Of a stretch of 64,000 nt of DNA, positions 46,635-58,022 are shown one piece after another. The DNA is from a virus (Duplodnaviria; Caudoviricetes). Position 1 is the first letter of the stretch; each line of letters starts with the position of its first letter. Position numbers and translations under genes: made by a program. The DNA is taken from positions 96,001 through 160,000 of IMG/VR virus record IMGVR_UViG_3300037067_013660; one strand, given 5' to 3'. The notes under the pieces are model-generated. The model did not search any database. It was not told the origin of the DNA and worked only from the letters and a program-made list of their open reading frames with translations.

Positions 46635-47210
46635 TCACAGCCACCCGGATGGCTGGTACTCGAACACGATGGGTCCATGCGGGTTATGTTGTAGGTCGCC
46701 ATAATGCGGTTCTTGTCCCTCTGCTGCCTCGCTGCCGTAGAACTGGTAGCTGTTCATGTTCTCGCATGCGACCAACAGTAAATCTTGCTCTCCGACGTCG
46801 GCTGGAACCCGCGTGATGGTGTGGCCGCAATTTGGGCACCGGATTTTCTTGGTTGCCCAACCGGCGGGACCGTTGGGGAAAAGAAGCGCAAGCTTAAAGC
46901 ATAGGTCCCGCATCGGAATTTCGGGTAACAGCGGGGCAAGGGCTCGTGCCAAGATTGCGGTATAGTCAATGTAATATGCCTTGACGGTGAACAAGATGTG
47001 GTGGTCCGGTGCGTAGTCAACCTGGTGTTTGGGTGCATCGAAAATGTGCAGTCCCGTCCGACTCATGTGTAGAAACCCACGCTCGGCTTCGGTTTCGGCT
47101 TCCCGGACGCACCGCATGGGAGCGGGCAGCATTGCCCGGATCTTGGCGATGAAAGCTTTTCGCTCTTCCGGTCGGTCTAGCGTCGCTTCCAAATTGAATT
47201 CGTTACTCAT
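46635..47210 (-). CDS. Hypothetical protein
   Basis: 191-aa ORF with SD GGAG. Confidence 0.55.
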   Translation of the reverse strand: MSNEFNLEATLDRPEERKAFIAKIRAMLPAPMRCVREAETEAERGFLHMSRTGLHIFDAPKHQVDYAPDHHILFTVKAYYIDYTAILARALAPLLPEIPMRDLCFKLALLFPNGPAGWATKKIRCPNCGHTITRVPADVGEQDLLLVACENMNSYQFYGSEAAEGQEPHYGDLQHNPHGPIVFEYQPSGWL

Positions 47211-47374
47211 GGTTATCTCTCCGTGATTGGCCGATCACTTGACCAGGCGTAGACCTTGACCCTTAGGTCCTGTGGCTGGTCGTCCAGCGACATTTCAGTA
47301 TCGTCGATGCCGAGATATCGACAACACTCTTCTGCCGTCCAATCGACCATTTTCTTCTCTTGCATCTTCGGCCT

Positions 47375-47803
47375 CTATTGTTTCGACACCACGCAGCCGC
47401 GCAGTATCACGTTTACCATCTTGCCCGCACACCGGCCCTTCAGCACCACGGCCTGACCCTTTCGCAACCTCACTAACTGCTGACTGCTGCTCTTGGAAAA
47501 CATGCACTGGACAGATCCGAACGTGCGGCCAACCCGCAACGTAACGTAGGGCTCGTCCATTATGTCCTTGCCGATAGAATCAATCTTGCCCGAAATTTCC
47601 AACACCTTCCCCTTGTACTGAATATCCGCCTCGATCTCATTTTCATCGTAAGCCCTGAAGAGCGCCTCGGCTGAACCCTCAAACGTAGCCTCTGTGCTCT
47701 CTACTTTTTTCTGCTCCTTTTTGTTTTCCTTGTCGTCGCCACTCGTAGCCATGGCAAGAAAAACAGACAAAGCCAGACACGAAACTACCAGTACATCTCT
47801 CAT
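47375..47803 (-). CDS. Membrane-anchored OB-fold protein (tRNA_anti-like)
   Basis: N-terminal TM; 'L..AYDENEIEAD.QYKGKVLEISGKI..I'. Confidence 0.8.
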   Translation of the reverse strand: MRDVLVVSCLALSVFLAMATSGDDKENKKEQKKVESTEATFEGSAEALFRAYDENEIEADIQYKGKVLEISGKIDSIGKDIMDEPYVTLRVGRTFGSVQCMFSKSSSQQLVRLRKGQAVVLKGRCAGKMVNVILRGCVVSKQ

Positions 47804-47825
47804 CTCAGTCCTCGTCCTTTCAAAT

Positions 47826-47891
47826 TTACGACCCTGACCCCGACCGCGACCCCGACCGCTCACAGGCTACTCGCAAAAGCGCAGCGTTCAT
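47826..47891 (-). CDS. 21-aa Ser/Gly-repeat peptide
   Basis: MNAALLRVACERSGSRSGSGS; start overlaps the upstream stop (TGATG). Confidence 0.45.
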   Translation of the reverse strand: MNAALLRVACERSGSRSGSGS

Positions 47892-48247
47892 CACTTCACC
47901 TCTTTGGGCAGCGGGTGCGGCCATGGTGAATAATCCATGATGGCACCCTGCTTCACCGTCACTGCTCCATTCGGGAACGGCTCAACCTCGTTCAAAACAC
48001 CAGTTCTCAGGGCCTCATTGAAACGTCCCGTGTCTGCAACCCAGGAGGCATCGGAGAGAACGATCTCCGTTTCCGAAACGCTTTCCACGTGACCGACGTA
48101 GTAGAGCGTAACACCCCGGATCAGGATGTTCTCGCCTACCTTGGCGTGGGTGTCCCCCTGCTTTTGCGACGTACACCCTACACCAAGTCCTTGCGCCATC
48201 GCTACCAACTGCTTCAACTCACCAATCGTCAACTTGTCAATGTCCAT
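47891..48247 (-). CDS. DUF6948-like small beta-barrel protein
   Basis: ILIRGVTLYYVG.V......IVLSDASWVADTGRF. Confidence 0.65.
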   Translation of the reverse strand: MDIDKLTIGELKQLVAMAQGLGVGCTSQKQGDTHAKVGENILIRGVTLYYVGHVESVSETEIVLSDASWVADTGRFNEALRTGVLNEVEPFPNGAVTVKQGAIMDYSPWPHPLPKEVK

Positions 48248-48361
48248 CTTCGTTCTCCTTGTCTGCACATGTTGCAATCAAACCACGACGCTGCCTGCCT
48301 GTAGATTAAGCATTATCCATCTCCTGCAACATCCTCCATACCATAGCCTTCATCCTTCTTC

Positions 48362-49581
48362 AGCGTGGAGACCCCTCCCTTTAGGGGAGGGAGGAAACGC
48401 CGCTCCTTCGTTCAAGTTTGGAAAACACGTTATACTTTAGTAGATGAAGATCATAGCAAAAATTAAGTTGATGCCCGACACCACCCAAGCCAAGGCGTTG
48501 ATCCGCACGTTGGAGGCGGCGAACCTTGCGTGCAACAAGATCAGCGTAGTGGCGTGGAAGAAGAAACTGTTTCAGCAGATTTCTCTCCACAAGATCGTCT
48601 ACAGACCCGTCAGGGATCATTTTGACCTCAGTGCTCAGATGACGGTCAGGTGTATCGCCAAGGTAGTGGACGCCTACAAACTGGACAAAGAAACCAAGAG
48701 GGAATTTAAGAAGCATGGGTCCATTGCTTACGACTCTAGGATCCTGACGTACTTTACAGATAAAAAGCAAGTGTCGATCTGGTTGTTGGGTTTGGGTCGT
48801 GTCAAGATGTCGTTCCAAGCGGGTAAACGTCAGATGCGGCTTTTGCAGGTTCAGCAGGGAGAGTCTGACCTTATTTATCGTAAAGGAGAATGGTACCTCC
48901 ACGCTGTTTGCAACATTGAGGAACCTGACGCACTTGATCCAACCGACGCCATCGGTGTGGATCTTGGGGTCCAGAACATAGCGGTCACGAGCGATGGAGA
49001 GTTCTATACTTCCGATCAAATAGAGTCTACTAGACAGTGGTACAGTAGTCGTAGGGCTGTTTTGCAATCGGTAGGAACCAAGAGTGCTAAAAGGAGGCTC
49101 AGACAAATATCTAAAGGACAGAGTAATTTTCAACGAAACGAAAACCACCGGATCTCCAAGAGTTTGGTCAAGGAAGCTAAACGCACGAAACGTGGGATTG
49201 CCCTTGAGGATTTGACGGGCATTAACACGCGGACCAGGGTTAGGAAGGCGTCTAGATCCAAACGCATGAACTGGAGTTTCTTTCAACTGAGAAGTTTTAT
49301 TGGCTACAAGGCTAAGTGGGCTGGAGTTCCCGTCTACTTGGTAGACCCAGCCTACACGAGTCAGCGATGTAATCGGTGTGGCCACATCAGTCGAAAGAAT
49401 CGACAGAGCCAGGATAAGTTTTGTTGTCAGGATTGTGGCTATAGGATTCATGCGGATCTCGGTGGAGCTAAGAACATTAGAGGTCTTGGTAGAAAGATCA
49501 TAAAGGGTTGTCGTCAACCAACCTATGGTAGCGGTCGAAAGACCAGTTACAAGCCCCTTCCTTTAGGGAGGGGTAGTTGAC
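48362..49581 (+). mobile_element. IS200/IS605-family element carrying only tnpB (IS1341-like)
   Basis: Left-end hairpin CCCTCCCTTTAGGGGAGGG; right end AAGCCCCTTCCTTTAGGGAGGGGTAGTTGAC; left boundary approximate. Confidence 0.85.
48444..49580 (+). CDS. tnpB: RNA-guided endonuclease TnpB
   Basis: IGVDLG, IALEDL, YTSQRCNRCG, CQDCG..HADLGGAKNI; D-E-D triad intact. Confidence 0.95.
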   Translation: MKIIAKIKLMPDTTQAKALIRTLEAANLACNKISVVAWKKKLFQQISLHKIVYRPVRDHFDLSAQMTVRCIAKVVDAYKLDKETKREFKKHGSIAYDSRILTYFTDKKQVSIWLLGLGRVKMSFQAGKRQMRLLQVQQGESDLIYRKGEWYLHAVCNIEEPDALDPTDAIGVDLGVQNIAVTSDGEFYTSDQIESTRQWYSSRRAVLQSVGTKSAKRRLRQISKGQSNFQRNENHRISKSLVKEAKRTKRGIALEDLTGINTRTRVRKASRSKRMNWSFFQLRSFIGYKAKWAGVPVYLVDPAYTSQRCNRCGHISRKNRQSQDKFCCQDCGYRIHADLGGAKNIRGLGRKIIKGCRQPTYGSGRKTSYKPLPLGRGS

Positions 49582-50081
49582 TTCGTCACCTTCTTGAATC
49601 TGCCCTTGGCGTCTCGTGGCTGTTCTGCCGCAAACTCTCGATAAAGTTCTCGGTCACGGTCAGACCATCTGGCTTGGCGAGCCGGAGGCACAGGAACACT
49701 GAATGGATCGTCACCCATGACCCTAGTGTAACCGTCCAGCGGCACCTTCACGGGCGTCATGGTTGGCCAGTAGGCGACTAGCAGACAAGGCGTTCTAGGG
49801 CCTGTCTCTTTGAACTCCGGAGGATCTCCGTAGTCGTAGCTATCGATACCCCAATGCGGCTTGGTGCCAGGAATGTGCCTGCCTCGAAGCAACCACCTGA
49901 ATCCAACGACCCAACCGACTGGCTTCGGCCCCTCTAACTGTCCACGCGATTTAGCGGGTTGTGGCTCCCACCGTGCAGCCGCACCGTCGTGTACCCGGAC
50001 TAGCTCGGTGTGGACCGCCACCAACTTACCCATCAGCTCTCGGGCGAACCAGTCTGGAATCTGTGGTTTCTTGCGTGACAT
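49563..50081 (-). CDS. Hypothetical protein; 3' end runs into the IS right end
   Basis: 172-aa ORF. Confidence 0.6.
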   Translation of the reverse strand: MSRKKPQIPDWFARELMGKLVAVHTELVRVHDGAAARWEPQPAKSRGQLEGPKPVGWVVGFRWLLRGRHIPGTKPHWGIDSYDYGDPPEFKETGPRTPCLLVAYWPTMTPVKVPLDGYTRVMGDDPFSVPVPPARQARWSDRDRELYREFAAEQPRDAKGRFKKVTKSTTPP

Positions 50082-50144
50082 CTAAACGTGTTTCCTCGTA
50101 CTCACGTGCTTTTGGTTCAAACCAAGTACATGAGAACAAAATGT

Positions 50145-50321
50145 CTACCATGATTCCTGTATCTCGTCCCGGACCTGCATGAGCAACTGGCCCAACAGGT
50201 TCCTACCCTTATCTTTACACTTACCGCAGTCACACGAGCCCCATAGATTGTCGTGCCAGGAGTTGCCCTCTACGAGTTTCTGCGTACCGGTCGCGAGCAG
50301 ACGTTCCTGTAAGTCCGGCGC
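50145..50321 (-). pseudogene. C-terminal fragment of a NADAR (YbiA-like) protein
   Basis: PDLQERLLATGTQKLVEGNSWHDNLWG...GRNLLGQLLMQVRDEI begins exactly at the IS right end with no start codon. Confidence 0.85.
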
Positions 50322-50322
50322 G

Positions 50323-51594
50323 TCAACTACCCCTAGCTAAAGCAAGGGGCTTGTAGGATCCAGTCCTACAACTTTTCTGGTTTCTACGAAGCCACTTACG
50401 TCTCAACCATCGTTGAAACGCAGAGGTGTCTTCTCCACCAGCGTAACTTCCCGGTGCTGCACCGGTAGATTTATTAAACAGATACAGTAGTGTTAGGTTT
50501 CTAGCGGCGTTGATGTCTCGATCATGGACAGTACCACAGACAGAACAAGTCCATTGCCTTACGCTAAGGTCTTTAGTTTCCCTGTGGCGTTCTCCACAAA
50601 CGTGGCAGATCTGACTACTGGGAAACCACTTGCTTACCGTGATGACCAATTTACCTCTTTGTTCTGCCTGCTGTTTGAGGATTGACCGAAACATACCAAA
50701 CGCCAGACGAGTGACAGACCGTCCAAACCGTTTCTTATGCTTTAGTTTGCTACGTTTTGCTAAACCCGAGAGATCAATATCCTCCAACACGATGACGTCG
50801 TGGCGGTCTAGCAATTTATTAGCATAGCGATGAAGCTGATCTGTCCGTCTGTTCCTTATGTACTCGTGGATTTTGGCTACCTTGATCTTCTGTTTAGCGT
50901 AACCATTGGATCCTTTCGTTTTCTTATTCAGTTTCCTTTGTTGCCGTTTGAGTCGCCACTCTTCTTGTTTTAGCCAATCCAGAGGTTTGGGTCTCGCCCC
51001 CGACGGCGTGACAAAAAGAGAAGCAAAAGAAAAGTCTAAGCCTATTACTTTAGTATCGTCTATTTCGTCATTAAGTACATCGGGTTGTTCTGTCAAAATA
51101 GAAGCGTAATATTTACCAGAGGGATCTTGCGAAACCGTAACGCTTTTGATCTTGCCAAACAACCGACGGTGGAAAACTGTTTCGACTAACCCCAACTTTG
51201 GAAGTTGTAACTTTCCATCTTGAATTCTTATATTTCCACGAGAACAGTTGGTTGTGTAGCTTCGTCTAGCCTTGTGTTTCTTTTTCCACGTAGGGAACCC
51301 AGATTTCTTTTTCTTCTTAGGGTTCTTTCTGTCTTTTAGAAACCGTCCTAACGCTTGCTTTATATTCATCCAAGCGTTACACAGAGCATATGAATCTACT
51401 TCTGCTAGATAAGGAAACTCTTCTTTGTAGTGAGCTGGTGTAGGATAAGTAAACTTCTTGGTCTTGACGTAAGATGATTTAAGGTCCTCCAGCATAAGGT
51501 TCCATACCAGACGAACACAGCCAAACGTTCTCTGGATCAACTGAGCTTGTTGATCGTCTGGGTAGATCCTATATTTGTACGCCTTATGGATCAC
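50323..51594 (-). CDS. tnpB: TnpB
   Basis: KAYKYRIYP..FGCVR, IGLDF, IVLEDI, FPSSQICHVCG, HDRDINAARNL. Confidence 0.95.
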   Translation of the reverse strand: MIHKAYKYRIYPDDQQAQLIQRTFGCVRLVWNLMLEDLKSSYVKTKKFTYPTPAHYKEEFPYLAEVDSYALCNAWMNIKQALGRFLKDRKNPKKKKKSGFPTWKKKHKARRSYTTNCSRGNIRIQDGKLQLPKLGLVETVFHRRLFGKIKSVTVSQDPSGKYYASILTEQPDVLNDEIDDTKVIGLDFSFASLFVTPSGARPKPLDWLKQEEWRLKRQQRKLNKKTKGSNGYAKQKIKVAKIHEYIRNRRTDQLHRYANKLLDRHDVIVLEDIDLSGLAKRSKLKHKKRFGRSVTRLAFGMFRSILKQQAEQRGKLVITVSKWFPSSQICHVCGERHRETKDLSVRQWTCSVCGTVHDRDINAARNLTLLYLFNKSTGAAPGSYAGGEDTSAFQRWLRRKWLRRNQKSCRTGSYKPLALARGS

Positions 51595-52004
51595 GTTTGC
51601 TCTGTTCTTTGTTGTTCCACATATTGCTTCAAAATATCGATCGTGACGTTGCCGGTCGTCGCGATAAAATACGATGGACTCCAGAAAGAATCACCCCACA
51701 ATTTATCCTGAAGGAAACTCCTGTGTCGCTTCCTGATGGCTCGGGAACTATGTCCCTTCAGGATGTTGATGAACTTCGTGATGTCGAGCGTTGGTTTGGC
51801 TCGGAACAAAACGTGGACATGATCAACACCACATTCTTGTTCGACGACTTCTACGTCGAAGTCTTTCGCGATGGATTCAAACGTCGTCTTGACGTCCGAT
51901 ACCAACGCTTTCGACGTAAATACTTTCTTGCGGTACTTCACCACGATGATCAAGTGGTAGACCAAGGAAAATACTGCGTTGCTAGTTTTATCTAACCTAT
52001 ACAC
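51591..52004 (-). CDS. tnpA: Y1 (HUH) transposase TnpA
   Basis: YHLIIVVKYRK, DHVH, KGHSS, FWSPSYF, QYVEQQ. Confidence 0.95.
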   Translation of the reverse strand: MYRLDKTSNAVFSLVYHLIIVVKYRKKVFTSKALVSDVKTTFESIAKDFDVEVVEQECGVDHVHVLFRAKPTLDITKFINILKGHSSRAIRKRHRSFLQDKLWGDSFWSPSYFIATTGNVTIDILKQYVEQQRTEQT

Positions 52005-52134
52005 TACCGTAGCCTCCTTCTACTAAAGCATAACCTATTTTCTTGACTTTTGTGAAGGATGGTTGTAAAACGCATCTTGAAGAGTCGGCTTCCTCCCCCA
52101 CCTGAAGGAAGTGGATCCCAGCCGACAGGAACAG

Positions 52135-52626
52135 GTTGGATTCGGGCAGCCAGGAGTTGCCGCCCGCCGCAACCTTCTGTTTCACGGTTTCGATTTGTTC
52201 TTTTGTCCTGGGCACACGGGTAAAATCCCACAGGCGGTCTTCCGCGATCAGGGCATCGACGTCCGCTTGGATCAAATGGTGATTCCAATGGCCGAGGAAA
52301 CAATTCCAGTAGAGCCTGTCTACTTCAAGACGAACCAGCATCGTCGTGGTATCTGGATCTAGACCGTCGCATCTTACGTTTCGTTCCGCCATGGCCAAGA
52401 TTTTGGGATGGTCTCGGGCGATGGGCTCAGCACCGTACGCCACAGGGTCGAAGAACTCGTTTCCGTACCACTGCTCGTAAAACCGCTTGGCCTCCGGTGC
52501 TAGGCCAACACCGTCGCAATAACAGCACGTACTCTTCTTGCTGCTGTACGGGTTCACGTAGCCTATCCACGTTTTGTTCAACGGCCAATCAAAATCCAGC
52601 GAAACTCGCTTCAGTGTTCTACCCAT
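52135..52626 (-). pseudogene. Hypothetical gene truncated by the IS left end
   Basis: MGRTLKRVSLDFDWPL...NSWLPESN reads into the IS sequence. Confidence 0.7.
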
Positions 52627-55600
52627 GATGTTGCTCCTGTACGTCGTCACTTTTCAGATATAGTTCTTTGTATTTAGCCTGGCTATGCGCTATCCACTCT
52701 TCCGTGATGACCAGGGATTCTCGTACCTGATCCAAATTTTTCTCTAACTCATTAATTCGCCGCTGCACCTCAACTAGTATCCGGTTGGCAGTAGCTAGGT
52801 CCTCAAGCCAGTATCCCATGAGATCCCTGGTCGTTACCTCACGTACATCAGTTAACCGATACAACCACTGCTCTTCTTCATACGTGTTGACCAGGGTGTC
52901 TGGATTCCACTCATCTATGTAACGAACGCGCCGCCAGTTACCGGACTCGGGATTCCGGGTCAGCCACACCTCAGAGGTCAGGTCAGTATCGCGTGCTACC
53001 GCAGTGCCGGTGTGGGTAGGTGCGTCGGGCTGTATTTTATCGTGGTTCATTTTTCCTCCGGTGAAGTAGTGATCTACCTACTGTTTGGCGTCGAACGCCC
53101 GCAAGGCCGCGACCGCTGCTTCATGACGCTTCTGCGCTTCTGCTACCCGCTTGGCGTACCGTTCTGCTTCCTGTTGCGCGTTTTGCAATATCTTGGCCGT
53201 GGACTCGATTTCTTTTTCCAGCGGCTTCCGCATTTCCGCGCTGGTGAGGGGCCGTAGGGTCGAGATGTCGATGCGCTCGGACGCAACGGACCAAACTTTA
53301 CGTGCCCCTACATAATCCCCAGTTTCTCGATTGAAGCGGCTACCGTTATCCGTGATGACGAATTTGGGTGTCAGCCGCGCCCGCATCATGTGGCTGCTAA
53401 TGATTCGGTCGCCTTGGTAGTAGTGTATCCACCGAACCACGTGGGTCTGTTTCATGGATCTACCTGAATCCCGACTTCCGTAAAATCGTGTACGAACCCG
53501 ATGGGCAGATCACCGCCACGGCACTGCTCGCTGAATAAGTATCCGCAGCATCGAGCCATCGTGTACACGGCCGGGTAGTTGACCCCGTAGCAACCAACCA
53601 GCTCATCAATAGTCCCGTCCGGTGGACCAGTTCTGGTTGCCGAGGCCCTTTGCATCGCGATCACGGCGGCATATAGGTCGGAGAATGTCATTCGTCCGCC
53701 TCGAATCCGTTGATGATTTTCAGCGCCGTCCACGCACCGTCTCTGTATCCATCATACCTACCCTCGCGATATTCGTCTTTCCATGGACGACTACCGGAAG
53801 CGCCCACGTCTGGCTCCACTGCCTCGGATGCCCACGCGCACAGCTTCCTTACTATCGACTCGTAGTCCGGCGCGTCGGTCATTCGTCCACCTCGATTCCA
53901 GCGTCTATGAGCGCGGCTCTAGTGGGAGTTCCGGCATGATGAAAAGACAAAAGCTGATCCACCGCCTGTAGCATCGCGGGGAGGGCAGCGTGGGCGAGTT
54001 TGTATGCATCCCACAACCGATGCGAGTAGGCCACCACAAGGCCCTTGTCGGCAGCGTCGAACGTCTTTGCTGCCTCCCGTATTTCACTCAGTTTCATGAT
54101 CGGTCTCCTCTCTCGTGGTGAAGCAAGAGCAGTTATCAGCCAGGCGATTCTGGTAAACCTCGGCCGTGGCCATTGATGGCAGCGGTGGCTTGCACCAGCC
54201 ATGGAACTGAATGCCGTCACGCCGCCACCACCGGCACTCCCCACACGTCCTCATGGTCGCACCTCCAGGAGCGCGGCGAGGTCGGCCGTGGAGAGGGTGC
54301 CGCGCATACTGCCGAGACAGGAGTCACTGGCTCGTATCCGCGCCCCTATCCCCTCCCGCAGCCGCGCAAGCTCGGCCTCGGCCTTCTCGGCGCGTTCCTC
54401 GGCACTCGCGGCCCTGGCACCAAGTTCACGGTAGCCGTCTAGCTTCTGGTCAGCGGCCCGCTCCACCATGAAGCGGTAATCCGCCTCGGCCTTCTCGGCG
54501 CGGGCGCGAAGCGCGTACAGCCTCTCGTCTGGCTCGTAGTGATCACACCTCACACCGCACGCGGCGGCTAGGCCCATCACGCACCCCTCGTACTGGCTCC
54601 ACTTGTCGCAGGTCTTGCAGTCACTCATCTCTCATCCCTCCTTCCACGCGAGCTTCCGACGAAGGGCCGCTAGGGTTGGGGCTACAAAAGACGCAAGGTA
54701 ACCACTAGCCACCCACCCGACTGGGCATCGCTCAATTTTTAAGTCGCGCCATGAGTAGAACGCACCGATAGACACCAGCCGCTCTCGCCGCAGCCGCGCA
54801 CACCTTTGGCCCTGCTTGTCATAGTAGATATCGGTCACGATGTTTCCCTCATGCGCACGGCCGCCACCTTGATCCGATGGACGGTACGGGGAAACAACAC
54901 CTCGCCGAGCACTATCCACTTGCCGTCTACCTGCCCCTTGACTTCGATGGCGTACTCGCCCTCTTTGACCTTGGCGGCAACGCCAACGAGATTTCTGCGG
55001 TACTTCGTGTTGATCATTTCGTTTCCCTTGATGTGATCCACTTTGACCTCTTCCACCAACGCCCTACCGGCGTTTTCCATTGCGACCAGAATTGCAGATG
55101 CCCTGTTCTTGCCTGGCCAGTACGGACTGTCGAGCAGATCCAAGGCCGCGTCGATAAGTTGCCTGCGCAAAACCTCTTCCTTTTCGCACGCCTTCTCAGC
55201 TTCTTTGCGGGCACGATCTGCCTCATCGATCAGTCCTTTTACCGATTCAGCCACGTCCAACCAATTCTTTAATATTAGTTCAAGATGCGCCCTTACTTCG
55301 GACATTGCGTCCTCCTTTGCGCCTGCGCGCTCAGTGCGTAGTAAGCGCTGGCGGCATCTTCGAGGGCGTCACACACATCGTCCAGATCCAGGAGTACGGC
55401 GCTATGCTTCTCGCTGGCCGTGTCCCGATGCTCCTGTGCGGCGAGGCACGTCAGATCAGCGATGAGCCCCCTTGCACGCACGATTGCTCGTTGCGCTGCA
55501 TTGAAGCGGTGCCCGGTAAATGCACAGATCACTTCTGAGCCCTCCCGCACCAGGCCAACAACGCATGAATTGGCATACGTTCCGTAGGAGAACTCTCGCC

Positions 55601-57943
55601 ACAGAATCCACACACGGCTCGCCACGCGTCGCATCCACACTTTGGGCATAGACTCAACACCCGAATGTCATGGCACTGGACGGTCGCAAGCTCTGTCCGA
55701 AGCCTTTCGATCTCACGGCGTAACCCGTCGACCTCTTCGCGGTGGTACACGATGGCGTCGTCGTGATCCTTCCAGATGATGCGCTCGATGCGGATCCGCT
55801 CCCGCAGGCGTTTCCAGACACGGCGCAAAGTATTCTTGTAGAAGAGGACTCGGGCACCAAGTGCCGCAACGGTGTCGGTACCGATGACTTCGCTACGGTC
55901 CCGCACGTCGACCCGGAGGGTTTGGGTACCTACGGGACCATCCGCTCGCGTTAGTGGTGCGGGTGATGTTTCCCATTGTGCCGTACCCTCGGGCTCCATG
56001 TCGCCGTCGACGAGCTTGCGTTTTCGCATAACCTTCGTTTCCTTCTAGTCGCTGGAGTCCACGCGACTTTCGCAGTAGTAGTAATGGGGTCCCGCCGACC
56101 ACGACGCGTCGCCCTGTTCCTCACGGCGTCGCACGTAAAACTCTTGGCCGTGACCCAGCACTCCCATTTCGTTCAGCGCGCGGAGATCCTGGTCCGACAG
56201 TTTCGTTTTGGACGTGACGCGCCAACCGTGCCCGTAGTAACAGTTGCCCAGTTGACCACCGCCCGTCGGCGCAATGACGAACACGGGGTCGGCGCCCGCG
56301 TAACGTTCGTCACGCTCGTGTTGCAGCTCGCGCTCCAGCGTGGCGACGCGTTCCTCCAGAAACTTCTGGGTGTAGCGGTGTTGTCGGATCTGTTCCTCCA
56401 GGCGTTCGACCGGTACGCCACCAGCTTGATCGCGCCGCCCGCGCCGATAGCCGTCGGCGTAGGCGTACTGGATCTGCTGCCTGGTGTTGTCGGCATCGAA
56501 CTCGTAGTATTCCTCTTCGCCGTTGTCTCCGTAGACGTACCCCTCGGTCATGCCGGTCGGCGTCGTGACGTAGTGCGCTGGATCGTCCTGCCAGCGTTGA
56601 TCCCAGGGTTTGGATTGCTGTTCCATTACGCTCTACACTCCTTCACGATTTTGATTTCGACCACACCAACACCTCCACCACCACAATAAAATCAGGCGGG
56701 AAAAATGTCAAGACAAATGCGCGGCCAGCCTTTCCTACGGCGACAGCACGTCTACTTCCGACCGCAAGGGATCAGACGGCCAGGGCGTCTGTGCTAAATC
56801 CTGAACACGTAGCCGCAGGGATCCCGCGACGTCGTAGTACGCGTCCACCACGATGCCGATGTCGTTACCCTCGCCTAGAAGGCGTACGAGCAGCCCGATG
56901 GCATCGCGTCGCTTCTGTTCTTTAATTGAGATTTTCTTATTCTTGGGTACTCGCGCTTGTTTCGCGCGTCCTTTGTCCTGGTGGATTTTGTCCTGTAGGG
57001 CCCCGACCAAGGTTTCGGGTGGTGGTGGCTTTCGCGCCGCTTGCTCCTCGGCGGATAACGGTTTCTGTGCCACACGCACACGCAGCATTTCGACTTCCCG
57101 CTGCAACGAGGCCAAGCGACGTAAATCCACGCCCGTACAGTCGGTTCTGCCGGTGCCCCAGCACCCATCGCACACGCCCTCCGTGATGGCCTGGCCCCCG
57201 ATGCCGCCCCGCCACGTCGCGGTGCTGCCGTAGCTTTTGCGGCCGACGCCACCACAGCGCGGACACCCTACTCCCAGGACCAACCGGACGGCCCCGAGCA
57301 AGCGCTCTAACTCGGGCATCATGATCTCGGCCATGATGGAGTCCGGTAGTTTGCCGTTGGGTGGATCTCGGTAGAAGGCAAAGGTCTCGGCGATTTTTTC
57401 GGCCAGCTCGGCCAGTTGCTCGTGATCAACCCTGACCAGCACGCTACACCTCTTTCTCTACGTTCCCGACTTTGTCTTCCACCCTGTAGGTACCCTCGAT
57501 CCACCGAAACGCATCAAGGAACGTGACGGAAAATGACGTCCGTACCGTGCCGTCTAGATCCTGTGTAATAGACTCAAAAGAAACTATCCATGAGTTATTT
57601 GTCGTGGTGGCACAGTCGGGAATGTGGTCGGGGATCTGAAAGCGCCTGTCCCGTAGTTCACCCGCCGTAATGGTGTCGATGCTGTAGCACATGTCTAGGT
57701 TCTCTTGACAACGGCAGTCTTGTCCACCGTATCGAACTCTAGCGTCACGGTTTCCCCGTACTCGATCCACTGGCCAAGAAACTCCCTAATTTCGTCGGTC
57801 TTTGTAAGGAACCAACCCTCTGGGTCTTCTGTGTACCCGTCGTAGTCAGGATCGGTTGGTCTAGGTGGCTCCAGACTCTCGATATAGTCGGTAATGGCCC
57901 AATCCACCGCGTCTGGCGTTTTGAACGTCACGATCATCTGCAT
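52619..57943 (-). other. Run of about 14 small, tightly packed hypothetical phage genes
   Basis: e.g. 52619..53050, 53078..53455, 53688..53882, 54251..54628, 54835..55305, 56045..56626, 56735..57442 (DnaJ-type Zn finger), 57695..57943; overlapping starts/stops and SD motifs. Confidence 0.65.
54483..54653. repeat. 171-bp near-identical direct repeat, copy 1 (copy 2 at 62550-62720)
   Basis: Encodes ...AWKEG* and MSDCKTCDKW...RAEKAEA. Confidence 0.9.
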
Positions 57944-58022
57944 GGCGCTACTCCTTTATCATGGCCAATTTTCCAGCATGGTTTCGATACGCATCCTTAC
58001 GACGACGTTTTGTTGTTCTCCC

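Larger units (their letters stand above)
50322..52134 (-). mobile_element. IS200/IS605-family element (tnpA and tnpB in the same orientation)
   Basis: Right end AAGCCCCTTGCTTTAGCTAGGGGTAGTTGAC; left-end hairpin at about 52085-52126. Confidence 0.9.

Noticed and set aside
48381-49517. 378-aa minus-strand ORF
   Set aside because: Antisense shadow of tnpB.
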